Source: Mycobacteriales bacterium
Lineage (GTDB): Bacteria; Actinomycetota; Actinomycetes; JAFAQI01
Reading direction: 5' to 3'
DNA length: 64,000 bases
NCBI GenBank assembly: GCA_035548055.1
Contig: DASZTL010000061.1
Coordinates: 26,827 to 90,826, forward strand
The stretch's first letter is position 1. Each line of letters starts with the position of its first letter. The position numbers and the translations under genes are program-made. Shown here piece by piece: positions 29,894-39,705 of the stretch. The notes beneath the pieces are model-generated. The model ran no database searches. It was not told where the DNA came from and saw only the letters and a list, made by a program, of their open reading frames with translations.

Positions 29894-31150
29894 GTGCGCG
29901 CCGAGGACGTGCGGCCTAGCCGGCGGCAGTTCGTGACCAGCGCGTTGGGCGCGGCCGGGGTGCTCGTCGCCGGCGGCGCGGGCGGTGTCGCGATCGGTCG
30001 CGCGGCGGACGGCGGCTCGAGCTCGCAAGTCGGCGGCACGATCCCGTTCTACGGCCCGTACCAGGCCGGTATCGCGACGCCCGCACAGGACCGGCTCGCC
30101 TTCGCGGCGTTCGACCTCACCAGCTCGAACCGGCACGAGGTCGCGCTGCTGCTCGGGAAGTGGGCAGCAGCCGCGGCCCGGATGACACAGGGCGACCTGA
30201 TCGGCGCGGTCACGGACGCGCCGCAGGCGCCGCCGATCGACACCGGAGAGGCGCTCGGCCTCGGCCCCGCGCAGCTGACCATCACCGTCGGGTTCGGCCC
30301 GTCGGTGTTCGACAGCCGCTATGGCTTGGCGGGCAAGCGGCCGGCGGCACTCGCCGACATCCCGCCGCTGCCGGGCGACGCGCTGCGGGCGGGGATCAGC
30401 AACGGCGACATCGGCGTACAGGCCTGCTCCAACGACCCGCAGGTCGCCTTCCACGCGATCCGCAACTTCGCGCGTCTCGCCCGCGGAACCGCGGTGATGC
30501 GGTGGTCGCAGCTCGGGTTCGGGCGCACATCCTCGACGTCGACCTCGCAAGAGACGCCCCGCAACCTGATGGGCTTCAAGGACGGCACGAACAACATCAA
30601 GGCCGAGGCCACGGCCGACTTCGACAAGTTCGTGTGGGTCGGGTCCGAGACCGATCAGCCGTGGATGCGCGGCGGCAGCTATGTCGTGACCCGACGAATC
30701 CGCATGCTGATCGAGTCGTGGGACACCGACTTCCTCGCCGATCAGGAGAATGTGTTCGGCCGGCTCAAGAACAGCGGCGCACCGCTCGGCGGGAAGACCG
30801 AGTTCGAGCCGGTCGACCTGGTGGCGAGGCATCCGGACGGCACTCCGGTGATCCCGGCCGACGCCCACATTCGCCTTGCCTCGCCGCACGCTCACGGCGG
30901 CAAGAAGATCCTTCGCCGGGGCTACTCGTTCACCGACGGGATCGACCCCGACACCGGGCTGCTCGACGCCGGGTTGTTCTTCATCGCCTACCAGAAGGAC
31001 CCGCGAGAGCAGTTCGTGCCGATTCAGCGGCTGCTGGGCGGCTCGGACAGCCTGAACGAGTACATCCGGCACACCTCGAGCGCGTTGTTCGCCGTGCCGC
31101 GGGGGCTGTCAGGCCCCGGTGACTGGTGGGGCAAGGAGCTGTTCGGCTGA
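29894..31150 (+). CDS. efeB: EfeB Dyp-type peroxidase, Tat-exported
   Basis: SRRQF Tat motif; RNLMGFKDGTNN (GxxDG); ILRRGYSF. Confidence 0.95.
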   Translation: MRAEDVRPSRRQFVTSALGAAGVLVAGGAGGVAIGRAADGGSSSQVGGTIPFYGPYQAGIATPAQDRLAFAAFDLTSSNRHEVALLLGKWAAAAARMTQGDLIGAVTDAPQAPPIDTGEALGLGPAQLTITVGFGPSVFDSRYGLAGKRPAALADIPPLPGDALRAGISNGDIGVQACSNDPQVAFHAIRNFARLARGTAVMRWSQLGFGRTSSTSTSQETPRNLMGFKDGTNNIKAEATADFDKFVWVGSETDQPWMRGGSYVVTRRIRMLIESWDTDFLADQENVFGRLKNSGAPLGGKTEFEPVDLVARHPDGTPVIPADAHIRLASPHAHGGKKILRRGYSFTDGIDPDTGLLDAGLFFIAYQKDPREQFVPIQRLLGGSDSLNEYIRHTSSALFAVPRGLSGPGDWWGKELFG

Positions 31151-31288
31151 CGCGGTGACCGCTGTTCGGCAGGCCTGCGGGGCGCCGTCGCAGCACGGCT
31201 CGTAGTACCGGCACGAGGGGCAGCGGTTGTGCGCCTGCTCGGCGTACATCTGGGCGCCGCAGTTGGGGCAAGGTAGATCGAGTGCCAT
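31109..31288 (-). CDS. Small Cys-rich zinc-ribbon-like protein
   Basis: MALDLPCPNCGAQMYAEQAHNRCPSCRYYEPCCDG (CxxC-x12-CxxC-x5-CC); CATCAT 6 nt before the ATG; 3' end overlaps efeB by 42 nt. Confidence 0.6.
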   Translation of the reverse strand: MALDLPCPNCGAQMYAEQAHNRCPSCRYYEPCCDGAPQACRTAVTASAEQLLAPPVTGA

Positions 31289-31326
31289 CGGGTCATGATG
31301 GATGCCGGGGAGTCCGGCAACCCGGA

Positions 31327-31356
31327 TTGACATGATTCGAACATACGTTCGATGAT
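31327..31356 (+). promoter_or_regulatory. imuA promoter with a LexA (SOS) box
   Basis: TTGACA (31327-31332), perfect actinobacterial SOS box TCGAAC-ATAC-GTTCGA (31337-31352), GATGAT (31351-31356) 6 nt before the ATG. Confidence 0.92.
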
Positions 31357-31362
31357 GGCGGG

Positions 31363-32079
31363 ATGCTCGACCAGGCCCTCAGGAACCCGATCCGGGAGCG
31401 GCCACCGGCACCGATCACGGCCGCTGCGCTAGGGGCTCGTTCCCCAGCACTACCAGTGCATCCGGCCCTCCACGACCTGCTTCCGGACGGCTTGCGACGG
31501 GGGAGCACGGTCAGCGTCAGCGGCTCGCTGTCGCTGCTTCTGGCCCTGCTCGCCGACGCTTCGGCGGAGGGGGCCTGGTGCGTGCTGGTCGATCTGCCGG
31601 TCGGCTCCGCGACGCGGCTGGGCGCCGAGGCGGCGCGCGACTACGGGATCGACCTGGCCAGGCTGCCGGTAGTACCGGCGGCGGGAGAGAGCTGGACCAA
31701 CGTGGTCGGCGCGCTGCTCGATGCGTTCGACATCGTTGCGGCGCGGGCGCCGGCTCGGCTGGCCGACGGCGACCTGCGTCGACTCGCGGCCCGTGCCAGG
31801 TCGCGTGACTCGGTGTTGCTGCCGTTCCTCACCGGGCAGCGCTGGCCGATGGCAGACCTGCGGCTGACCGCGGAGCCGGGCGAGTGGTCGGGGATCGGCG
31901 ACGGTCACGGCCGGCTGGCGCGGCGGCGGATGCGGGTCAGCGTCGAGGGTCGTGGTCAGGCGGGGCGATCCCGCCGGGTCGCGTTGTGGCTGCCGGGCGG
32001 GCAAGGGGGAGTGGAGCCTTACGGCGACGAGCTCGCCCCGGTGGTGGAGCTTTCCGGCGTACGGAGAAGCGCTAGTTGA
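31363..32079 (+). CDS. imuA: ImuA' (RecA-like mutasome subunit)
   Basis: LRRGSTVSVSGSLSLLLALLA...AWCVLV; position between the SOS box and imuB. Confidence 0.88.
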   Translation: MLDQALRNPIRERPPAPITAAALGARSPALPVHPALHDLLPDGLRRGSTVSVSGSLSLLLALLADASAEGAWCVLVDLPVGSATRLGAEAARDYGIDLARLPVVPAAGESWTNVVGALLDAFDIVAARAPARLADGDLRRLAARARSRDSVLLPFLTGQRWPMADLRLTAEPGEWSGIGDGHGRLARRRMRVSVEGRGQAGRSRRVALWLPGGQGGVEPYGDELAPVVELSGVRRSAS

Positions 32080-33650
32080 CGCTTCCTCGAATCGCCATGG
32101 TGTGGTGCCCGGACTGGCCGGTCGTCACGGCGCGGGACACCGCCGACGCCGCCTCCTCGCATGCCCCGGTGGCGGTGCTCGCCGGTGGCCGCATCGTCGC
32201 CTGCTCGCAGAGTGCGCGCGGCATCGGCGTACGTCGCGGAATGCGCAAGCGCGAAGCGCAGTCTCGTTGTCCCGACCTCGTCGTGCTGCCGCGTGACGAG
32301 GCGGTCGAAGCCCGTCGTTTCGAGCCCGCTATCCGTGCCGTGGAGGCGATCGTGGCGGGCGTCGAGGTGATCCGGCCTGGGCTGCTCTGCCTGGCCGCCG
32401 GAGGGCCGGCACGCCATCTCGGCGGGGAACCGGCGCTGGCCACGCGGTTGCAGGAGGCGGTGAGCTGGACGGCTGAGGAGGTCGCGGTCGGAATCGCGGA
32501 CGGCGCGTTCGCTGCCGAGCAGGCAGCCAGACGCGCGGTCGTGGTCCCGGCCGGAGGATCTGCGGCGTTCCTGGCCGATCTGCCGATCGGGACGCTCGAT
32601 GCGTTCGGTGACTCCGCGCTGGTCGACGTCCTGCGCCGACTGGGAATCTGGACGCTCGGTGGTTTCGCGGCGTTGCCGGCACGTGATGTCGCGGCGCGGT
32701 TCGGACCAGGCGGAGCCTGGGCGCATCGGCAAGCTGGCGGCCGGGACGACCGGCCGGTGGTGGTACGCGAGCCGCCCGTCGACTGCTCGGTGACGGTGGA
32801 GCTCGAGCCGGCGGTCGACCGTGTCGACGTGGTGGCGTTCTCTGCCCGCAACGCCGTCGAGACCTTCGTCAACAATCTTTCGGCGCGCGCCCTCGCATGC
32901 TCGTGCGTCGAGCTCGAAGTCATGTCGGAAGCCGGGGAGTGCGCGGCGAGGCGGTGGCGGGGGACCGGAGTCCTGTCGGCGAGCGATGTGATCGATCGGA
33001 TCCGCTGGCAGATCGAAGGCTGGCTGCACGCCGCAGACGGCACCGCGCGGCTGACCGCCGGGATCGCTCGGCTGCGAATCATCCCCATCGAGACGGTGCC
33101 GACCGGCACTCATCAGCAGGCGTTGTGGGGCGGCGACGGCGAGGCCGGCGAGCGGGCGCGCCGGGCGATCGCGCGGGTGCAGACGATGCTCGGCTTCGAC
33201 GGCGTCGTAGCCCCGGCGGTAGTGGGCGGGCGCGGCCCGGCGCAGCGGACCCAGCTGCTGCCCTGGGGAGAGGAACGTGAACCGGCTCGCCGTGTCGCCG
33301 AGCCGTGGCCGGGTCATCTGCCGTCGCCGGCACCGAGCGTGCTGGTCGACCCACCCGCACCGATCGAGCTGCTCGATGCCGGGGGGCGGGTGGTGGTGGT
33401 CGGTGACCGAGGCGCCCTGCTTCGCCCGCCCACTCGGCTCGGGCTGCGGCGCGAGTCGGCGGTGGAGGTGACGTCGTGGGCCGGACCGTGGCCGGCCGAC
33501 GAGCGGTGGTGGGACCCGGGCAGCGCGACCCGGGTGGCGCGGATGCAGGTGGTCGATGTAAGAGGGCGCGCATATCTCGTAGCGGGCGAGATGACGACAG
33601 GAGCCGGTACTGCGGAGCCGCGCTGGGTCCTGGAAGGCATCTATGACTGA
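32076..33650 (+). CDS. imuB: ImuB (inactive Y-family polymerase)
   Basis: WCPDWP, GVRRGMRKREAQSRCP, C-terminal WAGPWPADERWW...LEGIYD. Confidence 0.92.
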   Translation: MTLPRIAMVWCPDWPVVTARDTADAASSHAPVAVLAGGRIVACSQSARGIGVRRGMRKREAQSRCPDLVVLPRDEAVEARRFEPAIRAVEAIVAGVEVIRPGLLCLAAGGPARHLGGEPALATRLQEAVSWTAEEVAVGIADGAFAAEQAARRAVVVPAGGSAAFLADLPIGTLDAFGDSALVDVLRRLGIWTLGGFAALPARDVAARFGPGGAWAHRQAGGRDDRPVVVREPPVDCSVTVELEPAVDRVDVVAFSARNAVETFVNNLSARALACSCVELEVMSEAGECAARRWRGTGVLSASDVIDRIRWQIEGWLHAADGTARLTAGIARLRIIPIETVPTGTHQQALWGGDGEAGERARRAIARVQTMLGFDGVVAPAVVGGRGPAQRTQLLPWGEEREPARRVAEPWPGHLPSPAPSVLVDPPAPIELLDAGGRVVVVGDRGALLRPPTRLGLRRESAVEVTSWAGPWPADERWWDPGSATRVARMQVVDVRGRAYLVAGEMTTGAGTAEPRWVLEGIYD

Positions 33651-33662
33651 GCGGCGTCGCTG

Positions 33663-36600
33663 ATGGGCTGGGAGAACCCGCCGGTTCCGTGGCGGGAGCT
33701 GGAGCGGCGGTTGTCGGGCCGTAGGCCCGACCCGCCGCTACGAGGAGACGGCGGCGATGCCGCCGGCTGGTCGCGGCACCGCCCGGCGTACGAGCCGAAG
33801 CTGCTGTCGCGCCCCGCCGATCCGGTGCCCTACGTCGAGCTGCACGCGCATTCCTCCTTCAGTCACCTCGACGGCGCGAGCCTGCCGGAGGAGCTGGTCG
33901 AGGAAGCGGTTCGGCTCGGCCTGTCCGGGCTTGCCCTCACCGACCACAACGGGATGTACGGCGTGCCTCGCTTCGCCGAGGCAGCGGAGGCGGTCGGCCT
34001 CGCGACCATCTTCGGCGCCGAGCTCTCCCTTGACCTACCCGTCCCGCGGACGACGTCGCAACGCGCCACCGGAGCGCGCTCCGGGATGCCGGATCCGGCC
34101 GGGCGGCATCTGCTGGTGCTGGCGCGCGATCCCGAGGGGTACTCCCGGCTGTGCCGAGCGATGAGCACGGCGCAGCTTCGGGGCGGCGCCAAGGGCCATC
34201 CGGTCTACGACCTCGACGAGCTGACCGGGCTGGGCGGTGGGCACTGGCTGGTGTTGACCGGATGCCGCAAGGGGTCGGTCCGCGCAGCACTCGAATCGGG
34301 GCAGTACGGCACCTTCGGTGTCGACGCCGCGCGCAGTGCGCTGGATGAGCTCGTCGCGCGGTTCGGCCATGACAACGTCGCGGTCGAGCTCTCCTTCGCC
34401 CGCGATCCGCTCGCCGACGAGCGGTACGACGTACTGACGATGCTCGCCGACGAGGCGGACCTGCCTGTGGTCGCCACTACCGCGGCGCACTACCACGGTT
34501 CGGTGCGCCGGCCACTCGCTACCGCCATGGCGGCGGTGCGGGCCCGGCGCAGCCTTGACGAGATCGACGGCTGGCTGCCGGCGTGGGCAGATGCGCACCT
34601 TCGCAGTGGTGCGGAGCTGGTCACCCGGTTCGCGCGATGGCCGGGGGTCGTCGAGACCGCGGCCCGGATCGGCGCCGAGCTGGCCTTTCCGATTCGCCTG
34701 ATCGCACCGCGGCTGCCGCCCTTTCCGGCGCCCGACGGCCAGGACGAGATGACCTATCTGCGCCGGCTCACGATGCGGGGTGCGGAGAAGCGCTACGGGC
34801 CGCGCGGCAAGCAGACGGAGCGGGCCTACGCCCGGATCGAGCACGAGCTCGCGGTGATCGAGGAGCTGAGCTTTCCCGGCTACTTCCTCGTCGTCTGGGA
34901 GATCGTCAGCTTCGCGCGCTCGCAAGGGATCCTCTGTCAGGGACGAGGGTCGGCGGCGTCATCCGCGGTCTGTTACGCGCTGGAGATCACCGCGATCGAC
35001 CCGGTCTTCTACAACCTCGTGTTCGAGCGGTTCCTGTCCGCCGAGCGCAACGAGCCGCCCGACATCGACGTCGACTTCGAGTCGGGGCGCCGCGAGGAGG
35101 TCATCCAGCACGTCTACGAGACCTACGGCCGTGAGCACACCGCCCAGGTCGCCAACGTCATCACCTACCGGCCGCGGTCGGCGATCCGCGACGTCGCCAA
35201 GGCGCTCGGCTATCCCACCGGCACGCAGGACGCGTGGAGCAAGCAGATCGAACACGGTTACAAGATGGATCTCGAAGCGGTGACCGGCGTACCGCAGGAA
35301 GTCCTGGATCTCGCTGACGAGCTGCGTGACGCACCGCGTCATCTCGGCATCCACTCCGGCGGAATGGTGATCTGCGACCGTCCGATCGTCGAGGTCTGCC
35401 CGGTCGAGTGGGGCCGGATGCCGGGCCGCACCGTCTTGCAGTGGGACAAGGACGACTGCGCGGCGATCGACCTCGTGAAGTTCGACCTGCTGGGCTTGGG
35501 GATGCTCTCCGCGATCCGTTACAGCTTCGAGCTGATCGAGGACTGGCATGGCGTCCGCTACGAGCTGGCGACGGTCCCGCGCGAGATGCCGTGTGTGTAC
35601 GACATGGTCTGCAAAGCGGACACGGTCGGGGTGTTCCAGATCGAGTCGCGGGCGCAGATGGCCACCTTGCCGCGGCTGCGGCCTCGCAGCTTCTACGACC
35701 TGGTGATCGAGGTCGCGTTGATCCGGCCGGGGCCGATCCAAGGCGACTCGGTGCATCCCTACATTCGCCGACGCCATGGACTGGAGGAGGTCACCTACAT
35801 CCACGACAAGGTGAAGCCGGCACTGGAGCGCACCCTCGGCGTACCGCTCTTTCAGGAGCAGATGATGCAGCTCGCGGTCGCGGTCGCGGACTTCACGCCG
35901 ACCGAAGCCGACCAGCTGCGTCGCGCCATGGGGTCGAAGCGGTCGGAGGCGCGGATCGCCGCACTGCAGCAGCGGCTGTACGACGGGATGGCCGCCAACG
36001 GCATCACCGGTGCGGACGCCGACCAGATCTTCGACAAGATCCACGCATTCGCGTCGTTCGGCTTCGCGGAGAGCCACGCGATCTCGTTCGCCCTGCTCGT
36101 CTACGCCTCGTCTTGGTTGAAGCTGCACTACCCGGCTGCGTTCTGCGCTGCGCTGATCAATGCGCAGCCGATGGGCTTCTACTCACCGCAGTCCCTGGTG
36201 GCGGATGCGAGACGGCATGGGATCGAGACGCGCGGGCCCGACATCAACCGCTCGGGTGTGGGCGCGAGCCTCGAGCCGGCGGACGGCCCGTCGCAATGTC
36301 CCTGTCTCCACGCACCGCAGCCGGCGGTGCGACTCGGTTTGAGCGAGGTGCGGACGATTGGCGAGGAGCTGGCCGAGCAGATCGTCCGGCTCCGCGACCA
36401 GGAAAGGCCCTACTCCTCGCTGACCGATCTCGCCCATCGGGTCGGCCTGTCCACCGACCAGATGGAGGCGCTGGCGACGTCGGGCGCCTTCGACTGCTTC
36501 GGAGTGAGCCGGCGGGATGCGTTGTGGGTTGCCGGTGCTGCGGCGGCAGTCAAGCCCGGACAGCTCGAGCTGGCGCTCGTCGACGAGCAGGAGGCGCCGG

Positions 36601-37025
36601 AGCTGCCGACCATGACGGTGCCGGAGGAGCTGTACGCCGACCTGTGGGCGACCGGCGTCACCCCGGACCGGTATCCCACCGCCCTGGTCCGGGAGCGGCT
36701 GGCCACGATGGGGGTGGTGTCTGCGGCAGGCTTGCACCAGGTCGCGGATCGCACCCGCGTGCTGGTGGGAGGGGTCGTGACTCATCGGCAACGACCGGCG
36801 ACAGCCCGCGGGGTGACGTTCGTCAATCTCGAGGACGAGACCGGGATGATCAACGTGATCTGCTCGAAGGAGATCTGGGGCCGCTACCGGAAGGTGGCGC
36901 AGAGCTCAGCGGCGCTGCTGATCCGGGGAATGCTGCAGCACACCGACAACGTCGTGAACGTCATGGCGGAGCGCATCGACCCGCTCCCTCTCGGCGTACG
37001 GCCGTCGGCCCGCAACTTCCGCTGA
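33663..37025 (+). CDS. dnaE2: Error-prone DNA polymerase DnaE2 (ImuC)
   Basis: YVELHAHSSFS PHP domain, GRGSAASS, PPDIDVDF catalytic motif, C-terminal SARNFR (SRDFR-like). Confidence 0.97.
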   Translation: MGWENPPVPWRELERRLSGRRPDPPLRGDGGDAAGWSRHRPAYEPKLLSRPADPVPYVELHAHSSFSHLDGASLPEELVEEAVRLGLSGLALTDHNGMYGVPRFAEAAEAVGLATIFGAELSLDLPVPRTTSQRATGARSGMPDPAGRHLLVLARDPEGYSRLCRAMSTAQLRGGAKGHPVYDLDELTGLGGGHWLVLTGCRKGSVRAALESGQYGTFGVDAARSALDELVARFGHDNVAVELSFARDPLADERYDVLTMLADEADLPVVATTAAHYHGSVRRPLATAMAAVRARRSLDEIDGWLPAWADAHLRSGAELVTRFARWPGVVETAARIGAELAFPIRLIAPRLPPFPAPDGQDEMTYLRRLTMRGAEKRYGPRGKQTERAYARIEHELAVIEELSFPGYFLVVWEIVSFARSQGILCQGRGSAASSAVCYALEITAIDPVFYNLVFERFLSAERNEPPDIDVDFESGRREEVIQHVYETYGREHTAQVANVITYRPRSAIRDVAKALGYPTGTQDAWSKQIEHGYKMDLEAVTGVPQEVLDLADELRDAPRHLGIHSGGMVICDRPIVEVCPVEWGRMPGRTVLQWDKDDCAAIDLVKFDLLGLGMLSAIRYSFELIEDWHGVRYELATVPREMPCVYDMVCKADTVGVFQIESRAQMATLPRLRPRSFYDLVIEVALIRPGPIQGDSVHPYIRRRHGLEEVTYIHDKVKPALERTLGVPLFQEQMMQLAVAVADFTPTEADQLRRAMGSKRSEARIAALQQRLYDGMAANGITGADADQIFDKIHAFASFGFAESHAISFALLVYASSWLKLHYPAAFCAALINAQPMGFYSPQSLVADARRHGIETRGPDINRSGVGASLEPADGPSQCPCLHAPQPAVRLGLSEVRTIGEELAEQIVRLRDQERPYSSLTDLAHRVGLSTDQMEALATSGAFDCFGVSRRDALWVAGAAAAVKPGQLELALVDEQEAPELPTMTVPEELYADLWATGVTPDRYPTALVRERLATMGVVSAAGLHQVADRTRVLVGGVVTHRQRPATARGVTFVNLEDETGMINVICSKEIWGRYRKVAQSSAALLIRGMLQHTDNVVNVMAERIDPLPLGVRPSARNFR

Positions 37026-37075
37026 CGTCGCCAGGTCCGCGCCTATCCGGCGAAACTCGACGGTCGCACTTTCCC

Positions 37076-37156
37076 CGAAGTAGCACATGTTGTCCGCCTC
37101 GAATCGGACAACGAGCCCAGAAGTGGCTCGCACGACGTACTTCATGTGCTATTTCG
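37076..37156. other. Multi-branched inverted-repeat structure after dnaE2
   Basis: Outer stem 37076-37089/37143-37156 (13 of 14 WC plus one G-T); inner hairpins 37090-37111 and 37112-37130. Confidence 0.6.
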
Positions 37157-37253
37157 TGCAGTTCGGGATGGTTGGCCTGACGCGGTTTTCTGCGTTCCTC
37201 CCGAGGCACACCAAAAGGGTCGTCCGAGTACACCCCAGCAAAGAGGAGGCGTC

Positions 37254-37427
37254 GTGAGCGGCATGGACAAGGCCAAGAACGCCGCAGAGGCCGCAACAGG
37301 CAAGGCCAAGAACACCGCGGGCAAGGCGATGGACAACGAGCAGATGCAGGCCGAAGGCAAGGTCGACCAGGCCAAGGGTGACCTCAAGCAGGCCGGCGAG
37401 AAGGTGAAGGACGCCCTACGGGGTTGA
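37254..37427 (+). CDS. CsbD-family stress protein
   Basis: DKAKNAAEAATGKAK...AEGKVDQAKGDLKQAGEKVKDA; AGAGGAGG RBS before GTG at 37254. Confidence 0.9.
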   Translation: MSGMDKAKNAAEAATGKAKNTAGKAMDNEQMQAEGKVDQAKGDLKQAGEKVKDALRG

Positions 37428-37432
37428 CCGAG

Positions 37433-37565
37433 ACGAGCGACTCCGACGAGCGGTTGCGGGTTCGCCCGTAGCGAGTGAGCACCGTCGCTCGTTGACCTTG
37501 TGTCGGGCCCGCCGATAGGGGTGCCTTCAACTTGGGTCCTTTCGACCCGTATCGGCGGGCTCGAC
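37433..37565. terminator. Tandem GC-rich hairpins between the convergent csbD-like and amidohydrolase genes
   Basis: ACGAGCGAC/GTCGCTCGT (37433-37441/37484-37492) and a 16-bp stem 37502-37517/37550-37565. Confidence 0.55.
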
Positions 37566-37572
37566 GTTCGTC

Positions 37573-38772
37573 TCAGGCGAGCGGCAGCACGACGTCGGGG
37601 AGCGGGTGGCGGTAGAGCTTTGCGGCGTTCTCGCTGCAGATCATCCGCAGCTCATCTGATGGCAGATGGCCCCACGCGCGTTCGATGACGTCCTGGGTAT
37701 TGGGCCAGGTGCTGTCGCCGTGCGGATAGTCGACCTCGACCATGATGTTCTCCACGCCGATCCGATGGCGGGTGTCGATCGTCGACGGGTCATCGATCGT
37801 GCAGAACCAGAAGTTCCGCTTCAGCACATCGGCGGGCCGGATCGCCCAGCCCAGGCCGTAGCCCGACCGGTCGACGATGTTGTCGAGCCGATCCATCAGC
37901 ATCGCAACCCAGCCGATGCCGCCCTCGCTCATGGCGATCTTCAGGTTCGGATGGCGCAGCGGATGCTCAGACCACAGCCACTCCGCGCAAGCTCCCAACG
38001 ACTGCTGCCCGAACAGCGTCGCCGAGAGCTGTACGGCGGGAGAGCCGGCCGGTAGCGCAGGCATCCCTGAGCTGCCCACGTGCAACGAGATCACGGTGTC
38101 GGTCTCGACACACGCGGCGATGATCGGATCCCAGTGCTCGCGGTCCCACAGGGACGGCAGGCCGATCTCGTGCGGACGCTCCGGGAAGGTGACGGAGGTG
38201 AAGCCGCGGGCTGCGTTGCGATGGATCTCCGCGACCGCGAGAGCCGGGTCGGTCAGGAAAGTGATGCCGAGCGGGATGATCCGCTGCGGATGCCTGGAGT
38301 ACCACTCCTCGAACAGCCAGTCGTTCCACGCCCGCAGGCAGGCGAGCCCGAGCTCCCGATCCGCGGCATCGAAGAAGACCCGGCCGCAGAAGCCGCTGAT
38401 CTGGGAGGGAAAGTTCAGCGACGCCCATACGCCGTTGAGGTCCATGTCGTGCACCCGCGCGTCGACGTCGTAACAACCGGGCCGCATCTGGTCGAAGCGG
38501 AACGGCTCCATCGACACCGTCTCGGGACGGCGCCCGGCTACGGCGTTCATGCCGATCTGGCTGTACTTGCGCCCCTCGAACTCCCACACCTGGTAACCGC
38601 GTGACGTCTCGACGATGCGCGGTGCCCGATCGGCCAGCGCTCCTGGCAGCCGGCCTTCGAACAGGTGTGGTGGCTCGACGACGTGATCGTCCACCGAGAT
38701 GACCGTGTACCGCAGCGGCCGCGGCTCGGGCTCGGGAAGGAAGAGCTCCGCAGTGAGCTCGACCGTCATCAA
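37573..38772 (-). CDS. Amidohydrolase family 2 protein
   Basis: ISVDDHVVEP, MDLNGVWASLNFPS, SLHVGS, EVDYPHGDSTWP. Confidence 0.9.
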   Translation of the reverse strand: MMTVELTAELFLPEPEPRPLRYTVISVDDHVVEPPHLFEGRLPGALADRAPRIVETSRGYQVWEFEGRKYSQIGMNAVAGRRPETVSMEPFRFDQMRPGCYDVDARVHDMDLNGVWASLNFPSQISGFCGRVFFDAADRELGLACLRAWNDWLFEEWYSRHPQRIIPLGITFLTDPALAVAEIHRNAARGFTSVTFPERPHEIGLPSLWDREHWDPIIAACVETDTVISLHVGSSGMPALPAGSPAVQLSATLFGQQSLGACAEWLWSEHPLRHPNLKIAMSEGGIGWVAMLMDRLDNIVDRSGYGLGWAIRPADVLKRNFWFCTIDDPSTIDTRHRIGVENIMVEVDYPHGDSTWPNTQDVIERAWGHLPSDELRMICSENAAKLYRHPLPDVVLPLA

Positions 38773-38778
38773 CCACTC

Positions 38779-39705
38779 CTACGTCTCCGCGGCAGGTGCG
38801 CCGCGTGGTTCGTCCTCAGGTGTCGCGGTCGGTGTCGACGCCCAGGGCCTCGACAGGAGCAGCCAGCCGAGGAACCCTGCGAACAGTACGCCGACCAGGC
38901 TCCAGCCGAGCACCTTGTTGTCGACGCCGATGTACTTCAAGCCAGACGCGAAGATGACGAACGTGATCACCGGCCGGATCACGCGGTCAGGAGCCCGCGA
39001 GGACAGCACCGAGCCGACGAGGACCGCGGGGATGCTGCCGATGATGAGCGACGTGGTCACCCCGAACGAAACGCTGCCGAAGATGAGCGCCCCCAACGCC
39101 GCGGATGAGGTGAGAGGAAGCGCCTGGGCGAGATCCGTCCCGACCAGCTGGTTCGCGCCGAGCATCGGGTAGAGGAACAGCATCAGCACGATCATCAGCG
39201 AGCCGGATCCGACGGACGTCATCCCGACGATCAGGCCACCCACCATGCCGATGACCACCGTGCGCACCGGGTGAATCGGGATGTTCTGCACGATGCCTTC
39301 GCGCTTGTTGCCGGCGCGGATGTCCAGACCGAACCGCACCACCATCGCGACCGCGCCCACGAGGAGGGCGGTCCCGAGCAGACGCTCGATGTCGGTCTGC
39401 GCGCTGTCGGCGTGGCCCTTGATGAGGTGCAGCAGGTAGGAGCCGAGGAACGCCATCGGCACGGACCCGGCCGCCAGCAAGCCGACGAGCCGCTTGTTGA
39501 CGGTGCCCTGCCGGAAGTGGACGACGGCGCCGAGCGGGCGCATGAGCACAGCGGCGACGAGATCGCTCGAGATCGCCTTGTCCGGCTGCACGTGGAACAA
39601 CAGGATCAACATCGGGGTCATCAGGGCGCCGCCACCGGCGCCTGTCATGCCGACGAACAGCCCGATGACGGCGCTGCCCAGGACGATGTACGGGTCGATG
39701 TGCAC
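38779..39705 (-). CDS. TauE/SafE sulfite-exporter-family membrane protein
   Basis: GMTGAGGGALMTP, VGMTSVGSGS, LVGTDL and multiple TM helices. Confidence 0.9.
   Translation of the reverse strand: MHIDPYIVLGSAVIGLFVGMTGAGGGALMTPMLILLFHVQPDKAISSDLVAAVLMRPLGAVVHFRQGTVNKRLVGLLAAGSVPMAFLGSYLLHLIKGHADSAQTDIERLLGTALLVGAVAMVVRFGLDIRAGNKREGIVQNIPIHPVRTVVIGMVGGLIVGMTSVGSGSLMIVLMLFLYPMLGANQLVGTDLAQALPLTSSAALGALIFGSVSFGVTTSLIIGSIPAVLVGSVLSSRAPDRVIRPVITFVIFASGLKYIGVDNKVLGWSLVGVLFAGFLGWLLLSRPWASTPTATPEDEPRGAPAAET

Noticed and set aside
28688-31072. Long antisense ORFs (for example 794 aa here, 665 aa at 14780-16777, 596 aa at 42800-44590)
   Set aside because: Mirror frames of well-supported genes in high-GC DNA; Arg/Gly/Pro-rich with no motifs
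31363-37025. imuA-imuB-dnaE2 as a novel system
   Set aside because: Well-characterised SOS mutasome in standard order with a standard LexA box
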